Shown here: piece after piece, positions 36,317 through 49,915 of the stretch
Numbering within the stretch: position 1 is the stretch's first letter
Layout: each line of letters starts with the position of its first letter
Assembly: GCA_036785375.1 (NCBI GenBank)
Contig: JAWMAR010000820.1
Span: 496,001 to 560,000 of the forward strand
Length of the DNA stretch: 64,000 bases
Reading direction: 5' to 3'
Source: Leucoraja ocellata
Lineage: Eukaryota
The notes under the pieces: generated by a model
Told to the model about the DNA's origin: nothing
Databases searched by the model: none
What the model saw: the letters and a program-made list of their open reading frames with translations, nothing else
Program-made: the position numbers and the translations under genes

Positions 36317-36401
36317 ATGATCAGCCATGATCATATTGAATGGCGGTGCAGGCGCGAAGGGCCGAATGGCCTACTGCTGCACCTATTTTCTATGTTTCTA
36401 T
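36317..36401 (+). mobile_element. CR1/HER1-like LINE extreme 3' end
   Basis: gatcagccatgatcatattgaatggcggtgcaggc...gggccgaatggcctact...tatgtttcta, the same tail as the 3360 copy. Confidence 0.85.
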
Positions 36402-37793
36402 AATGTTGTAAGATTCTTCAAGGACTGAGGGAGGAAAAGCTCAGGTTCTTGGGCACTGATAATCCTGGTAGAGAGGGTCCAGCTGAGAAAAAAAGTATAT
36501 TTTGGTGGTGCAGATGGATAAACATTCTCACCTTCCTCTCTTTCTCCTGGTCCTTTTCTATGTAGCAACAGCTGCTGGCCTCCCTAACTTTATCTTCCAT
36601 TCTTTCTACAAACCAAGGGAAATCCTCTTGCAAAATCTCTCTGACCAAGCACTTCCTTTCTCATAGAAAGTCGTCACAATGGAAGTGTAGTTTTATCTCT
36701 TTTTACATGAAATCCTCAGAATTTTCATGAAAACTTGTGATAGAGCTTTCCAATTAACTGGACTTCCAAAATGGCTTGGATTCTTGCTGGATAATTTCAG
36801 GTGGAAGTTGAATTGTTCCCAATTAAATGAGTACATACACAAACGCATTTCCAGCAATGAATATTAAACAGTTCTCTAATTACAGAAAAGTTACTGTAAT
36901 ATTACATAGGCATATGTGTAGAATGAGACACTGTTTCAGTGCATGAGCATTGAAAATGTATCATGTTTAATACTTTGAAGATATCCCTTCAAGTCAAAAA
37001 ATATTTAGTATATTGAAAGCTTTTTACAGTTAGTGAAATTAGATATATTATAGCACAAAATATTATATTAGGCTCTGGAGCTTGACCGTGACATTAGCTC
37101 AAATTTGGACTATAATAATGGTGTAAAAATTATAATTGGCCTTTATCCTAAAAATGTAAACTACCTGGGAGAATTGAGGAAATCTCCCAATATTATGCAT
37201 GCTGAAATCTTAATACAAATGCATAACAAGTTTGGAAAATTTCCCCAATTTCTACCTGATCTGAATTTGAATTCACGGTGAAAGAATATCGCCACTTTTC
37301 CTTTTTTTTTTTTTTTGAAAGTCTTTGAAATGTAGGAGGGATTAAACCCCAATTCTAGACTCAAGAATTGTTGTGGTTTCGATCAGTAAATTAATTCATT
37401 AGCTGAAGAACCATTAACTGTGTGGTTAGCAATCACATTTCAAAACGTTTTTGATTGTCTATGTCTGGAGGGTGTACTTCTAGAGAGGATGAGTTATTAT
37501 CAACAGACCTGTCAAAAGAAACAAGAGGTCTAATTAGTTCAAGGAATTCTCGAAAGAATGGAGGTTGGTAATGGTTTTGTAAGCACCTAATGAAGCTTTA
37601 ATGAAGCCTGCTGAAGTGAACGAACAGCTCTTAATCACACCGTTAGTGCAAGACCCCAAGAGACAATAAAGGAATCCCTTCTTTGCAATACTTTTCCCCT
37701 TAGATTGTACTCTATAATTATCCCATTGTAGTTCAATGCAATAGAATCAACATGACTAACAATGTTGAGTTCAAAGAGTTACGGTTGCAACTA

Positions 37794-39014
37794 CAGGTGC
37801 ACAACCTTTTATCCGGTGTTCCAGAAACCGAAAAGCTCCGAAAACCGGCCATTTTTTCCAGATGTCGTCTGCGCACCAAAGCTCGCGTTTGGCGCCAAAC
37901 CTGACCCAAAACGACCCACGGTCAACCCAGGTCTGTACTACTGTAGCGGCTGCCTCCTCCCTGGAGACCGGGAGACGCTTAAACATCTGTAAATCATTGC
38001 TTAAATGTTAGTCAGTTAGTTTGGAGGGCTTTTATGTGAAGGGGGGTGAAGGGGTAAACTTTAATTCTTAGTCCCCTACCTGGTCGGAGAGGCGGGGAGC
38101 GGTCAATGCCTTACCGGGTCGCCGTGCAGTAAGCACCGCAGCGCTGTGGCCGGTGGGGCCGCGGGCGGCGCAGGTTGTAGCTCCGACCCCGGCAACTCTA
38201 CCCCTGGCTGCGAGGCGCTCCAAATCCAGCGCGGCCCGCGGCCGGACGCCCCAGCTCCGCAAATGTCGGGAGTCGGCGGCGTCGCAGCGCAATGCCTTAC
38301 CGGGTCGCCGTGCGGCAAGCTCCGGAGCGCTGTGGCCGCCGACACACAACATCGCGGAGCGTCGCTGGATTTGGAGCCGCGCAGCCAGGGGTAAAGTTGC
38401 CGGGGTCGGAGCTCCAACCGGCACCGCCCGCGGCCGGACGGAGCCCCCAGCTCCGCGGCTCCAAATCCAGCGACGCTCCGCGAATGTTGGAAGAAGGCGG
38501 CCACAGCGCTCCGGAGCTTGCCGCACGGCGACCCGGTAAGGCATTGCTCGCTCCCCGCTGGTATCCCAGCGCTGCGACGTCGCCGACTCCCGACATTCGC
38601 GGAGCTGGGACGTCCGGCCGCGGGCCGCGGGCCGCGCTGGATTTGGAGCGCCTCGCAGCCAGGGGTAGAGTTGCCGGGGTCGGAGCTACAACCGGCGCCG
38701 CCCGCGGCCGGACGGAGCCCCCAGCTCCGCGAGGTTGGGAGTCGCCGACCAGGTAGGTAGGGGACTAAGAATTAAAGTTTCCCCCTTCACCCCTACACCA
38801 CCACCACCACATAAAATCCCTCCAAACTAACTGACTAACATTTATGCAATGATTCTCCCGGTCTCCGAGTAGGAGGCAGCTGCTCCAGACTTTTCAAGCC
38901 GCCCGCGCTACCTACCTAATCTACGCTAAAAATCTTCCATTCTGAAATCCGAAAAAGTCCGAAATCCGACAAGTGTCTGGTCCCAAGGCTTTCGGATAAA
39001 AGGTTGTGCACCTG
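37794..39014. mobile_element. Non-autonomous Tc1/mariner (pogo/Tigger-like) fold-back element
   Basis: Perfect 22-bp TIRs CAGGTGCACAACCTTTTATCCG (37794-37815 and 38993-39014) flanked by TA. The interior is made of nested inverted repeats and has no transposase. Confidence 0.92.
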
Positions 39015-40718
39015 TACAAAATGATTTTGCTCTGGAATACCTAGTGCTATAAAGCACTATAGTGTTTATCAAATTTTATCATACTCTTAATGTTTGCTTC
39101 GTAAGTACACAATTTGTTAGTTACAACGTGACTTGTCACGCAACCGTTTTAATCTCACTTTGGTGCAGTGGAATCGTTTGTTAATACAAAGTTAGGAATT
39201 TAACTTTAACAGGAGATTAAAAAGAAATTTTGCTGAGATCAGGTGAATCTTAACAGTTCTTGGGTAAAATATTGAATGCCAGAAGATAAGGGAGTAGAAG
39301 AATGAGAGGAAAGTAGATTGCCTATTTCAGTGGCAAGAGGCCACCATTGGCATGGGTCTCCATTGGTGGAACATGTGGTACGGTGTGATGGAGGATTGGT
39401 GGAGGCCACAGTCACTGATGATCAGTCAGCCGCTCCCCCATGTGTTACTACTTCTGCTTGTCAACTGTTTATGTAATCTGTTGTTTGGATGAGTCCTTTA
39501 AACCTTTCCTTCTGACCTAGCACATATTGGCAAATATAAACAGTACCAAAGTTGTATTGGACCTTCTGTTGGCCATTTTTATAATTATTTATTGTTGCTG
39601 AAATAATTGCTATAACACATCAAAAATGGATAAAACCTTTTAGGCAAATTATTATAAAAAACCATGTTTGGTTTTAGAAATGTACAAATGAAACTTGCCT
39701 CATTCTTTACAAGTAATAATAAAAGAGCGTGGCAAGGAAGAGTCAGATAAAACATTTTTTACCAGACCTGCGGTTGCCTATTGATCGGACCATACGACCG
39801 GCCGAACCCTCGAAACGTAGCCGATGCACCCATCTTCTGACTTGAAATTAAGATAGTTACAGCAGGAGCCTCCAGCTTGTAAACACACTGGAGGTTATAA
39901 GCCATCCATAATTAACTTTCAAACAGATTATTCCGTTGAGTAGGAGAAATGGATATTGCTTTGTACATAACATTATGTAAACATGAAACTGATCAATTTG
40001 AAAAATTCTTGTAGAATTGGGACAGGACGTAAACTAGAAGGAGCTTTGTACCCATTACAAAGGTGGCAATTATGATGGCCACAACAGTGTGCTTTTGTTC
40101 TATCATAATCCAAAACAATTCTAGATTAGTTTCATATTCATGGTTCAGAATCTACTTTCCCCAAAAAATTTACCCAGGCTGCTCGGGTCTGATCTCATGG
40201 AACAAATTTATTGGTGCATTATACAAAAGTCTGAATGAAATGGACAGCTGTGACTTACTAACTTACACAAAACAATAGCGAGCATTGCCTGTAAACTGGA
40301 TCATGTGGAATGATGTTTTATGTGTGCTGTGTGATCCAATTTCAATGAAAACTGAAATGTTACTGAAACTCGTATCTCATGTGAAATTGCACAAAGTCTG
40401 CATTTTTTTTTTCATTCCAGTTCCTCTCTGCATCTAAAACTAATGCATGAGGGATATCAAATACTGTGATGCTCAAGAACTCTGGGTAATTTATGCAGAG
40501 GAAGCCCATGAAGTTTGCTCTGATGTGATTTACCGGCGTGACCCCAAGCCAGTTCCAGGTTGACACTAAGAACATGATCGGGTAGTTCCACTTTAATCTG
40601 TCTATTATCTTGTGGACCCCATGCCTGATGAGTAGTGTTTCACCCAAATCACTTGTTTCGCCATTCAAGGTTTAAGCATATGTGCAAACCTTTAAAAAAA
40701 AAAAAAAACTCAACTAGA

Positions 40719-40825
40719 CATTTTGTCGTGAGAATGTATCCCAAATGGTTTTATGTAAAGGTTTTAGGTTTTAGGTAAAACTATTTGGGAAGATCAATTA
40801 TGAGATACATTCTCACCATAAAATG
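40719..40825. repeat. Imperfect ~107-bp inverted repeat
   Basis: cattttgtcgtgagaatgtatcccaaatggtttta pairs with taaaactatttggga[13-nt bulge]gatacattctcaccataaaatg. Confidence 0.75.
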
Positions 40826-41489
40826 ACAATTCAAACCTTTTCACCCCAAAGCATGTGTAAATCTGACAAATATAAATGGTTCAGCCAATAGGGTGGATGC
40901 ATTAGGATGGATGGGGTCAGATCAGTAGTTGGAATGGGGTAAATGAACGTTGAGTAGAGACGTACCATCAATCATTACAGAGTAAGATCACTAGATGTGC
41001 AGTCGATGAACATCGGAGCGGGATTGAAGGTCGGTGGTGTGACAAGCGGTCTGGATAAAACGTCACTAATTAGGTATTGGGTCCACAAGACAGTAAACAG
41101 CTTAAGGCAGAACTACCTGAATCAGGTTGCTCTTGTCAACTTGAGCCCGCATACTGAAAATTAGATGCCATTTTGAGCAGCTGTCTTCAACTGCACTAAT
41201 TCCTTGTGAAAGTTTCAAACCACATAGTACATTTGAAATTTCTGCAACAGATTAAATTTATGGTGTACTTATTTTCCCAATGGATTGCCTTGATCAATGG
41301 AGCAACAGCAAGGTACCAATGATCATTTGGGTCATTAGTCCTCCACTGAAGACATCCATTCTCAAGGCCTTGAGTGAAAAATAGAATGAAAATATTCTGT
41401 AAATAACCTTTTTCTGAGGCCATGTTCAGAGATGTGGAAAACAACAAAACACACTACAAACAGGCTGCAAACATTCATTAACACCTGCC

Positions 41490-41832
41490 TTAGGGGAATA
41501 CTTAACATCTGGTAGAGAGACAAATGTGGACCTGTGGAAAAGAACAAGCCAGTTCTTGAATTTGATGTACAATGAATTTGACGTACAAATTCGATGGAGA
41601 AAATGGAGTTGGATTGGACACACCCTCAGAAAACCTGCCACAAACATCACCCGGAAAGCTCTAAAATGGAACCCCCCAAGGAAAAATGAAAAGAGGTCAC
41701 CCCAAGAACAGCTGGAGAAGAGGTGTCCAGACAGAAATGTCAGAGTGGCCTCAACTGGGGAAATCTCGAAAGAACTGCCAACAACCGAGTGAGGTGGAGG
41801 ACATTTGTCAATGGCTTATGCTCCCTAGAGGA
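41490..41832 (+). mobile_element. RTE-clade LINE 3' end
   Basis: ORFs 41526 and 41686: RKWSWIGHTLRK...TRKALKWNP / KRGHPKNSWRR, the typical RTE C-terminus. (AAG)n tail. Confidence 0.85.
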
Positions 41833-44356
41833 GCAAAGGGCTTAAGAAGAAGATGTTCAAGAGACCAGCAGCCACGTGACGAAGCTGCAACAAGAGATGG
41901 GGGTAAGAGACCAGCTCTTGATGTTGTCAGAGAGATGGGAAGAGAGAGACAGGCAGACAGACTTGGTATTTGGCAGGATTGGGTCCAAGAGACTGGCAGA
42001 CACACTGTCTTATATTCATTTCTCTGCTCTTTGAATTGTCTCCTGGAAATAAAATGAGTTAATTCTATGGCAATGATGCAGGAACAAGAGCGTTCTTGTT
42101 TAGTTTAATACCATGAAATCAGGGTTTCTACTCCCTATAATTAAACAGTCATATCTCCTCAGCAACAGTTTCATAGCCAATAAATTCTCATTTAATAGGA
42201 GCTGCACCTCCTGCCTATGTAGCAAAATCATTGATTAAAAATGAAAGGAAGGGATACCTATGACTTTTTAAGGGGGATGACCAGCCTGCGGCCCCAAGTT
42301 TTGGTAATCAGACGTGAATACCAGCTACTCCAATCCATCTATGCTTACAAATTCAGCACAATTTAATGAAAACAATGAGCACTCAAGACTCCATGTCACG
42401 GATCTGTTTGATCCACAAATAAAAAAGTTTGAGCCACCTGAAACCACTGAATCCCACTTAAATACCACATCAAACATAATCTTTAAATTAGTGCTATAAA
42501 TCTTATTTGTTTTGTTGTTGAATATTTGCATTATTACTAATACTAGGAGGACCTAATTAATCATACATGATTTGAATAGGAATTCCACCACCACAAATAT
42601 ATATTAATTTAATTTGTATGACTGCTCTGCTACAGTCATGCATTAAAATAACATATTTCACAATAGTAAGAATGTAAATGCAGTTGGACAAAGCAAGAAG
42701 TTTCAGAATAAGTTGTGAAATAATTAATAGGTTTGTTGATAACAAAATAACCACCTATTTGGTCATCGGTGGTTCTTTCATGGTAAATGGGTGAATATAG
42801 AGGAGCTGAGGCGAGATGGATTCTCCTTATCACATGCGCCCCCCAGGAGTGGGCTGTAAACTATAATAGGAACTCGGTGGTGACTAAACCTCTCCCATAA
42901 TGGCCCTGCAATGTCCTCACAGTCTTTGACAGGAGACTAGGCTTGTGACAGAACTTTTTCTCCTCTCAAAGCTGGGAACATCCTGGTTAAATGTTTTTGA
43001 AGGTTTGTTTTTATATTCACATATACTTAAAATTAATTGCTAATTAATTTCTATAAATCATTTTTAAGTTATTCAAAAGTATTCAAACCTAAAAAATAAA
43101 ATGTTTTAAAACACACATTATTTGAAACAAAATAAGAAAAAAAAAAAACTCTTCCCCATAATCTTCAGTTGGGCATACCCATTCAAAGAATAGAGGTTTT
43201 GATTTCATGCCAAGTCTGGTGGAAATCCCAGCATGGTCATACTTCCTCTCTGTACACCATGTAGTCCAGTAATGGAGTGGAGTGACCTGAGTGCCAGCAG
43301 CTATCACTCAGCAATACAGGGAGCTCATGCAAGTCCAACATTTGCTTATTGGGGAGCAGCTAAATACAGCTAGTTCCCTTCTAAATCATTGGCCACAGTA
43401 ATATGATTTGTCTCCATGCATTTGATGATCATTCAGCTCAACCAGTAGGTTCTTTTAACCTCTCACAGCCCTGACACCTCATTTGACAAATATCAAATCT
43501 GTTTTTGGCAACTCGTGGTGGGACAATTGTATTGTCTTACACAAACTAGAAATGTTACATTCACAGCTCCTGTGGAAGTCAGAAAGTGAAAGTTCGCGAC
43601 TTTCAACTATTGCAGAGTTCACTTCAACAAATACAGTGTGGATTCCACACCAGATTCAATTCACCTGCTCTAAGTGAGTTTGAGTAATTAAGAGTTTTTT
43701 AAATGTTATTTAATTTTTCTTAATACATCTACATTCTGGGATATTACTATAAATATTCTGGACAGATAATGAATTGTTGGATAAATCAGTACTTGCATTG
43801 CAGAAATCAAATTGCATGGAAACGGTGTTGCCCTGAAGTGCTCGTATCAAGCACTCATACCAGTCTGACAAGCTATCCAAATTAGTTGCAAGCCCAACAA
43901 ACAGAAAGAAAAAAACAAGTTTATTTTTCCCTCATTCCATACTTACTTATCTAGTTCTGTTTGCTTTATTTGCTGATAAGCTTTAAGTGCTGGGCAATGC
44001 TGAGCCATACTGACCAGTGTTACACTTGGGTCTTGTGAAGGGCTTATCTCTCTGATGATTTAATAGCTGATTTAGTCACGCTTTGATAACACATTGCTGA
44101 AGTATTAAAGACCTCTTTATACCTCATCAACACATTCTGATTGTAGAAAAGAAACCATGAATAATTTGGAGTACAGTTTGTGCTAATTCTAGAGGCTACA
44201 CTTCATGCCCCATCCGCTGCTAAACCTATGTTTGTCTCTAATTACTGACATTACTATTCTTCCACATGTTTTGCCAAATGCGGATTTAATATTTGCTCAT
44301 GGTGAGCAACAGTTTCTTAAAAATTAGTAACCCTTCAAAACTTCATGGACAGCCAT

Positions 44357-44720
44357 GTCAAGTCAAGTCAAGTTTATTTGTCACATACACATACGAGATG
44401 TGCAGTGAAATGAAAGTGGCAATGCTCGCGGACTTTTGTGCAAAAGACAAACAACAAAACAACCAAACAAATTATAAACACAATCATAACACACATATTC
44501 TTTTACATAATAAATAATGGAAGGAAAAAGGTTCAGTAGAGTTAGTCCCTGGTGAGATAGGCGTTTACAGTCCGAATTGCCTCTGGGAAGAAACTCCTTC
44601 TCAACCTCTCCGTTCTCACCGCATGGCAACGGAGGCGTTTGCCTGACCGTAGCAGCTGGAACAGTCCGTTGCAGGGGTGGAAGGGGTCTCCCATGATTTT
44701 ATTTGCACCTCCTGTTGTGT
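44357..44720 (-). mobile_element. Rex1/Babar-like LINE 3' end
   Basis: (caagt)n tail plus tttatt (AATAAA on minus), the same tail type as the 45643 copy. Confidence 0.7.
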
Positions 44721-44919
44721 CAGCATGATCAGTGAAATATGATATTAAGGATGTTGTAATCTCGCATGATCATCACGTCCACAGCCATGCATTTTCCAGG
44801 GGAGCAACACTGGATTGAAACCAAAAACAAGTGGCTGAAAACTCACTCCCAGTTAATAATGTTCAGAATGGCATACAGTCACATCTGGCTATTCAACTCT
44901 CCAAAATTCATTCCATTAG

Positions 44920-45310
44920 CTAGTGGAGCTGATGCCTCACAGCTTCAGTGACTTGGATTCAATCCTAATCTATGATGCTAATTGTGTAAAGTTTGCAGAT
45001 TCTCCCTTGAAACGTGTATATTTCCTCCAGGTGCTTTGATTTGCATTTAGCTTTATTATGGTCACGTGTACAGTGAAAAGCTTTGTTTTGCATGCTATCC
45101 AAGCAGATCAGATAATTGCCTCCCACATTGACAGCTAGGTGGGTTGGTAGGTTAATTGACCACTGCCAATTGGTTGCAGTGTGTAGGTGAATGTTGATAA
45201 CTGGGGGAATTGATGGGAATATGGCAAGAATACATTGGATTTTGTACAGAGTAATGTTGATGGTCAGCATAGATTTTGTAGAACAAAGATGTTTTTTTGC
45301 ATGAGCCTGT
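44920..45310 (+). mobile_element. Decayed HE1-like SINE with nested short insertion
   Basis: ggagctgatgcctcacagc...ggattcaatcct head and gtttgcagattctccc body. Confidence 0.55.
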
Positions 45311-45642
45311 AACCATGATAGAAACAAAGTACAACCCACTGATGTGGTTCGATGGTACTTTATTGGTCACAAGTACAGTGACATTTTTTTGCATACAATT
45401 CAGTAAAAAATCTTACTGTACATTAGAACAATCATACTTCGATCCAAGAGTGTACGAATATTAGATTACACTCAGTCAGTGCACATACGTTGTACCAGGG
45501 ATGAATAATGGTCTCTTGATTCTATTTAGTTAATGCAAAATAGAGGATTTTATTGCAGAGGTTTCAGAGGAACCAGGAAATGGGTGAAAGTAATCGGTTT
45601 GCAGACAGCCTGTTAGTTAAATTTTGCAAAGTTGAGAATAGC

Positions 45643-47522
45643 CAAGTCAAGTCAAGAGAGTTTATTGTCATGTGTCCCAGATAGGACAATGAAATTCTTG
45701 CTTGCAGCAGCACAACAGAATATTGTAAGCATAAATACAGTTCAGTGTGTCCATATAGCATAGACCATATATATACACCTATGTGGGTGGGTCCTTTATG
45801 ATGTTGGCAGCCTTTTTGAGGAAGCAACTGCGATAGATTCCTTCGATGGTGGGGAGGTCAGAGCCGATGATGGATTGGGCAGTGGTCACAACGTTCTGCA
45901 TTCTTTTCCGCTCCTGGACGCTTTTTTAACCAAGCCATGATGCAACCGGTCAGCATGCTCTCTACTGTGCACCTGTAGAAGTTCGAGAGAATCCTCGTTG
46001 ATATACTGACTCGCCGTAATCTTCTCAGGAAGTAGAGGCGCTGATGTGCTTTCTTCATAATTGCATCAGTGTGCTGGGACCAGAAAAGATCTTCGGAAAT
46101 GTGCACGCCCAGGAATTTGAAGTTCTTGACCCTTTCCACCATCCTGTTGATATACACGGGATTGTGGGTCCCTATCCTACCCCTCCCAAAGTCCACAATC
46201 AGTTCCTTGGTTTTCCTGGTGTTGAGAGCCAGGTTATTGTGCTGGCAACATTTGGTCAATCGGTCGATCTCACTTCTATACTCTGACTCATCACCATCAG
46301 TGATTCGTCCCACAACAGTGGTGTCGTCGGCGAACTTGATATTGGAGTTCGCACTATGTCCAGCTATGCAGTCATGAGTATAGAGTGAGTACAGCAGGGG
46401 GCTGAGCACGCAACCTTGAGGTGCTCCCATGCTGATTGTTATCGAGGATGACACATTTCCGCCAATATGGACAGACTGGTCTGTGGATGAGGAAGTCGAG
46501 GATCCAATTGCAGAGGGATGCGCAGAGACCCAGATCTGAGAGTTTGGTAACCAGCTTGGAGGGGATGATTGTATTAAATGCCGAGCTGGAGTCAATGAAT
46601 AATGACCTGACATATGAGTTTTTGTTGTCTAAGTGGTCCAGAGCGGAGTGGAGAGCCAGTGAGATTGCATCCACCGTTGACCTGTTGTGGCGGTAAGCGG
46701 ACTGCAGTGGGTCAAGGTTCTTGTCGAGGTAGGTGTTGATATGCGCCATAATCAACCTTTCAAAGCACTTTATCACCACAGACATTAGTGCCACTGGTCG
46801 ATAGTCATTGAGGCACATCACCTTGCTCGTCTTGGGCACTGGTATTATTGATGCCCTTTTAAAGGAGGTGGGAACCTCAGACCTCAGAAGTGAGAGGTTG
46901 AAAATGTCCATAAAAACTCCAGCCAGTTTGTCCGCACAGGTTTTTAGAACACGACCGGGTATACCATCAGGTCCAGATGCTTTCCGAGGGTTCACCCCCC
47001 CTGAAGGATCTTCTGACGTCGACCTCTGTGACTGTGACTGAAATACCATCACAGCGAATGGGGGCGCGGGAAGGCACATCGGTGTTCTCCCTATCAAAGC
47101 GTGCGTAAAACGCATTGAGCTTGTCAGGGAGTGATGCTTCGCTGACAATTGAGCTGCCTCCTGATTTCGCCTTGTAGGAGGTGATGGCATTCAAGCCCTG
47201 CCACAGTTGCCGAACATCCATCTCATCCTCCAGCTTGGAGCAGAAGTCCCTTTTAGCCCTTTTGATGGCCTTACCAAGATCTGTACTTCTTGTAGACGTC
47301 TGTATCTCCAGATCTGAATGCCCGGGATCTGGACTTCAGAAGAGTGCGGATCTCATGGTTCATCCAAGGCTTCTGGATAGGAAACACTCGGAAGGTTTTT
47401 AATGGGATGCAGCCCTCCACAGATTTCTTAATGAAGCCTGTGATGACTGTGGTGTATTCATTCAGGTCTGTTGCCGAGTCCCTGAACATTGCCCAGTCTA
47501 CAGACTCCAAACAGTCCTGAAG
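45643..47522 (-). mobile_element. Rex1/Babar LINE, 5'-truncated, frameshifted RT
   Basis: ORFs 47271-47510, 46967-47221, 46372-47190 (KASGPDGIPG, NDYRPVAL, DPLQSAYR) and 45858-46613 (GAPQGCVLSPLLYSLYTHDC, KFADDTTVVG, KKAHQRLYFLRRL). (caagt)n tail. Confidence 0.95.
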
Positions 47523-48567
47523 TTTTTGATCTCATAAATCCATAAATACCAACATCATAATTGTATGGAATCCAACAAAAAACAAATGGATGCTTATTTG
47601 TGTTGTTAAAGTTCTAAAGAAATTAGTTAATTATCGAATCCCTGAGTGAATGGATACTGGACAAAACCTTTTAAAATATAACGATAAATGATGTAATAGT
47701 ATAAAGGTATTCTCTTAGGTTAGTTCTGTGAATGACCTTGAGCTATTCAAACACTTGCAAATCAACCCTCTATTTAACTATACATGTTTTATACCAGTCA
47801 GTTAGAGTTCATATTGATTGTGTATGTTTTAACAGGTTCTTGTTTGCTTCCTTCTCATTTTGAATTTAACCTCGCTCAATATTTGGGCTATTTTTTTTCT
47901 CTCTCACTGTTGACCTGTTTTTTGGTCTTTTGGGTGTACCAAATAATAATGAAGAAGAACGCATCGCAGAGTCATTGTTCTGCTTAAAACCTTTGTCAGA
48001 GGAACAAATAAGGGGATTCAAGTTCCAAGATGTGTCTGGGGGAAGGTCATTAACTAATTAATTTCTTCTGGCAACAGTCCAGAGCACAGAAACATTGTTC
48101 TCTTTTTTTTTAATTTAGTGCTTTGATTGCACCACAATTTTGGAGTCCGCTTTAGATAGAAGATCCATATATCGATCTTAGGGTCAAAGTGGAGATAATT
48201 GGATGGACAACTGCTTGAACATTACTGTCGGGGAATCCTAGCCCCATTAATAATTATGGTTGCCTGATGGGTGAGCTTGCCAAATCTGATCAGGCATAGA
48301 GTGCTGGATTGTGTGTGATATTTCAAAGGTTCAAGTGTTTATTCATAAAATGCAATGGATATGACTGGAACAATGACATTCTTTCTTATTACAACTTTAC
48401 AGGCACATTAGATGCAACAGCACCACCAATAAATATATAATTAGTTATTCTGATGCGCTATTCTTCAACTTAGAAGGAACAGTTCTCAGGCTTAAATACC
48501 TTCTTCCCAATGATACCAATGGGACAAGAGATTAGCCATGGTAGTGTGGGTCATTGCTGATATTAGC

Positions 48568-48949
48568 CGTGTGTGGACAATAAACCGAAGCCATGAAGTG
48601 GAAGCCAATATACAGAACGGAAATGATGGCGAAAAGCCAAATAACCAAACGGGCGCAACACTGAAAAGCCAAATAACGGACATGACGTCTCCGGGGACAG
48701 GATTTGTCCGAGACCTTGTCTCTCTTCTCTCTCCTCCCTCTCTCTCCATCTATCCACCCTCCCCAGCCAGTGATGGGTGGATCCCCCAGCCAGTGATGTG
48801 ATGGACACAGGGGCCTGGACCAATCGCTGACAAGGTCTCGGCCAAATCTCGTCCCCGGAGAAGTCATCTGTTATTTGGCTTTTCGCCGTTGTTTCCGTTC
48901 AGTATCTTGGCTTCAGCTTCTCGTCCTTCGATGCCCCGTCCGGGTACCA
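48568..48949. mobile_element. Unclassified fold-back MITE inserted into a Rex1-like remnant
   Basis: Direct repeat ATATTAGC at 48560-48567 and 48950-48957. Arms at about 48600-48720 and 48829-48915 are inverted complements. Repeated motif AAAAGCCAAATAAC. Confidence 0.7.
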
Positions 48950-49915
48950 ATATTAGCTGCCTTCCTGACGGAGCGCCCCTTGTGGATCTTTTACACGGTG
49001 CGGAGGTCAATATCTTTGCTGGACTGGACAATATTCACCTCTTTCTGCAATCTCTTTTGTTTTTAGCATTCAAATTTTCCAACCAAAGGCATGATACAAC
49101 CTGTCAGTAAAAAGAAAATGCCTCTAATAAGAAACAGGATTAAAAAATGATTGTTAAACTTTCATGAGTCATGGTCATAGAGATATACAGAACAGAAACG
49201 GGCCCTTTGGCCAATCTCATCCAAGACAGTTTCAGGTCGTGTCGTTTGCTTGCATTTGACCCATGGAGTTTGGGAAAATCAATACGTCTAGCCTCCAAAA
49301 GAGCCCAGATCAATTGATTAAAAATAAATAAATAAACTGACCAAAACAGTTTGTGATTAAGTAATGTCAGTGAATATGAAGCAATAGTAAATGAAAGAAA
49401 CCAATGGTATTGATCATCTGCACATTGAGAGATGAAAATCGGAGTCATTGACGAGATTTATCCTAAATGGAATTATAAGCATCTAATGAGATTGCACTTT
49501 GTTTGTTTTCAGTCTTTTGTTCTTTTTTACATAATGTTGTATGTGATTTACGTATAATTTGTTTCTGTGTGTTTGTTTGAATGTATGCGTTTGTGACGCT
49601 GTTGCAGGCAAGATTTTAATTGTACCTGTATTTAACCATTCTTGTGCAGATGACAAATTCTACTCAACTATTTTACACTGTGTGGGAGCAAAATCAACAC
49701 TTTCCAATTTTATTTTATTTAATCATTTAGCTCTGGTTAGGCTTTCATTTTCTATTCCACACCAGATGCATTTCCATTTAATTTAGCTGAGCAACATGTA
49801 AAATCATGTGCCTGAGATTAAATGCAATGAACTAAAAATGAAATGATCCTAAACCCTAACTCTTGAGGACTTCTCTCAGCAAGAAGACCCCTTGTCCAGG
49901 TTTAGAAATGCCATT

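Noticed and set aside
38068-38760. Seven overlapping ORFs on both strands
   Set aside because: A GC-rich palindrome lacks stop codons, and the mirrored peptides reflect the inverted repeats.
39780-39825. CGAAACGTA as another hammerhead
   Set aside because: No upstream CTGANGA and no stem II.
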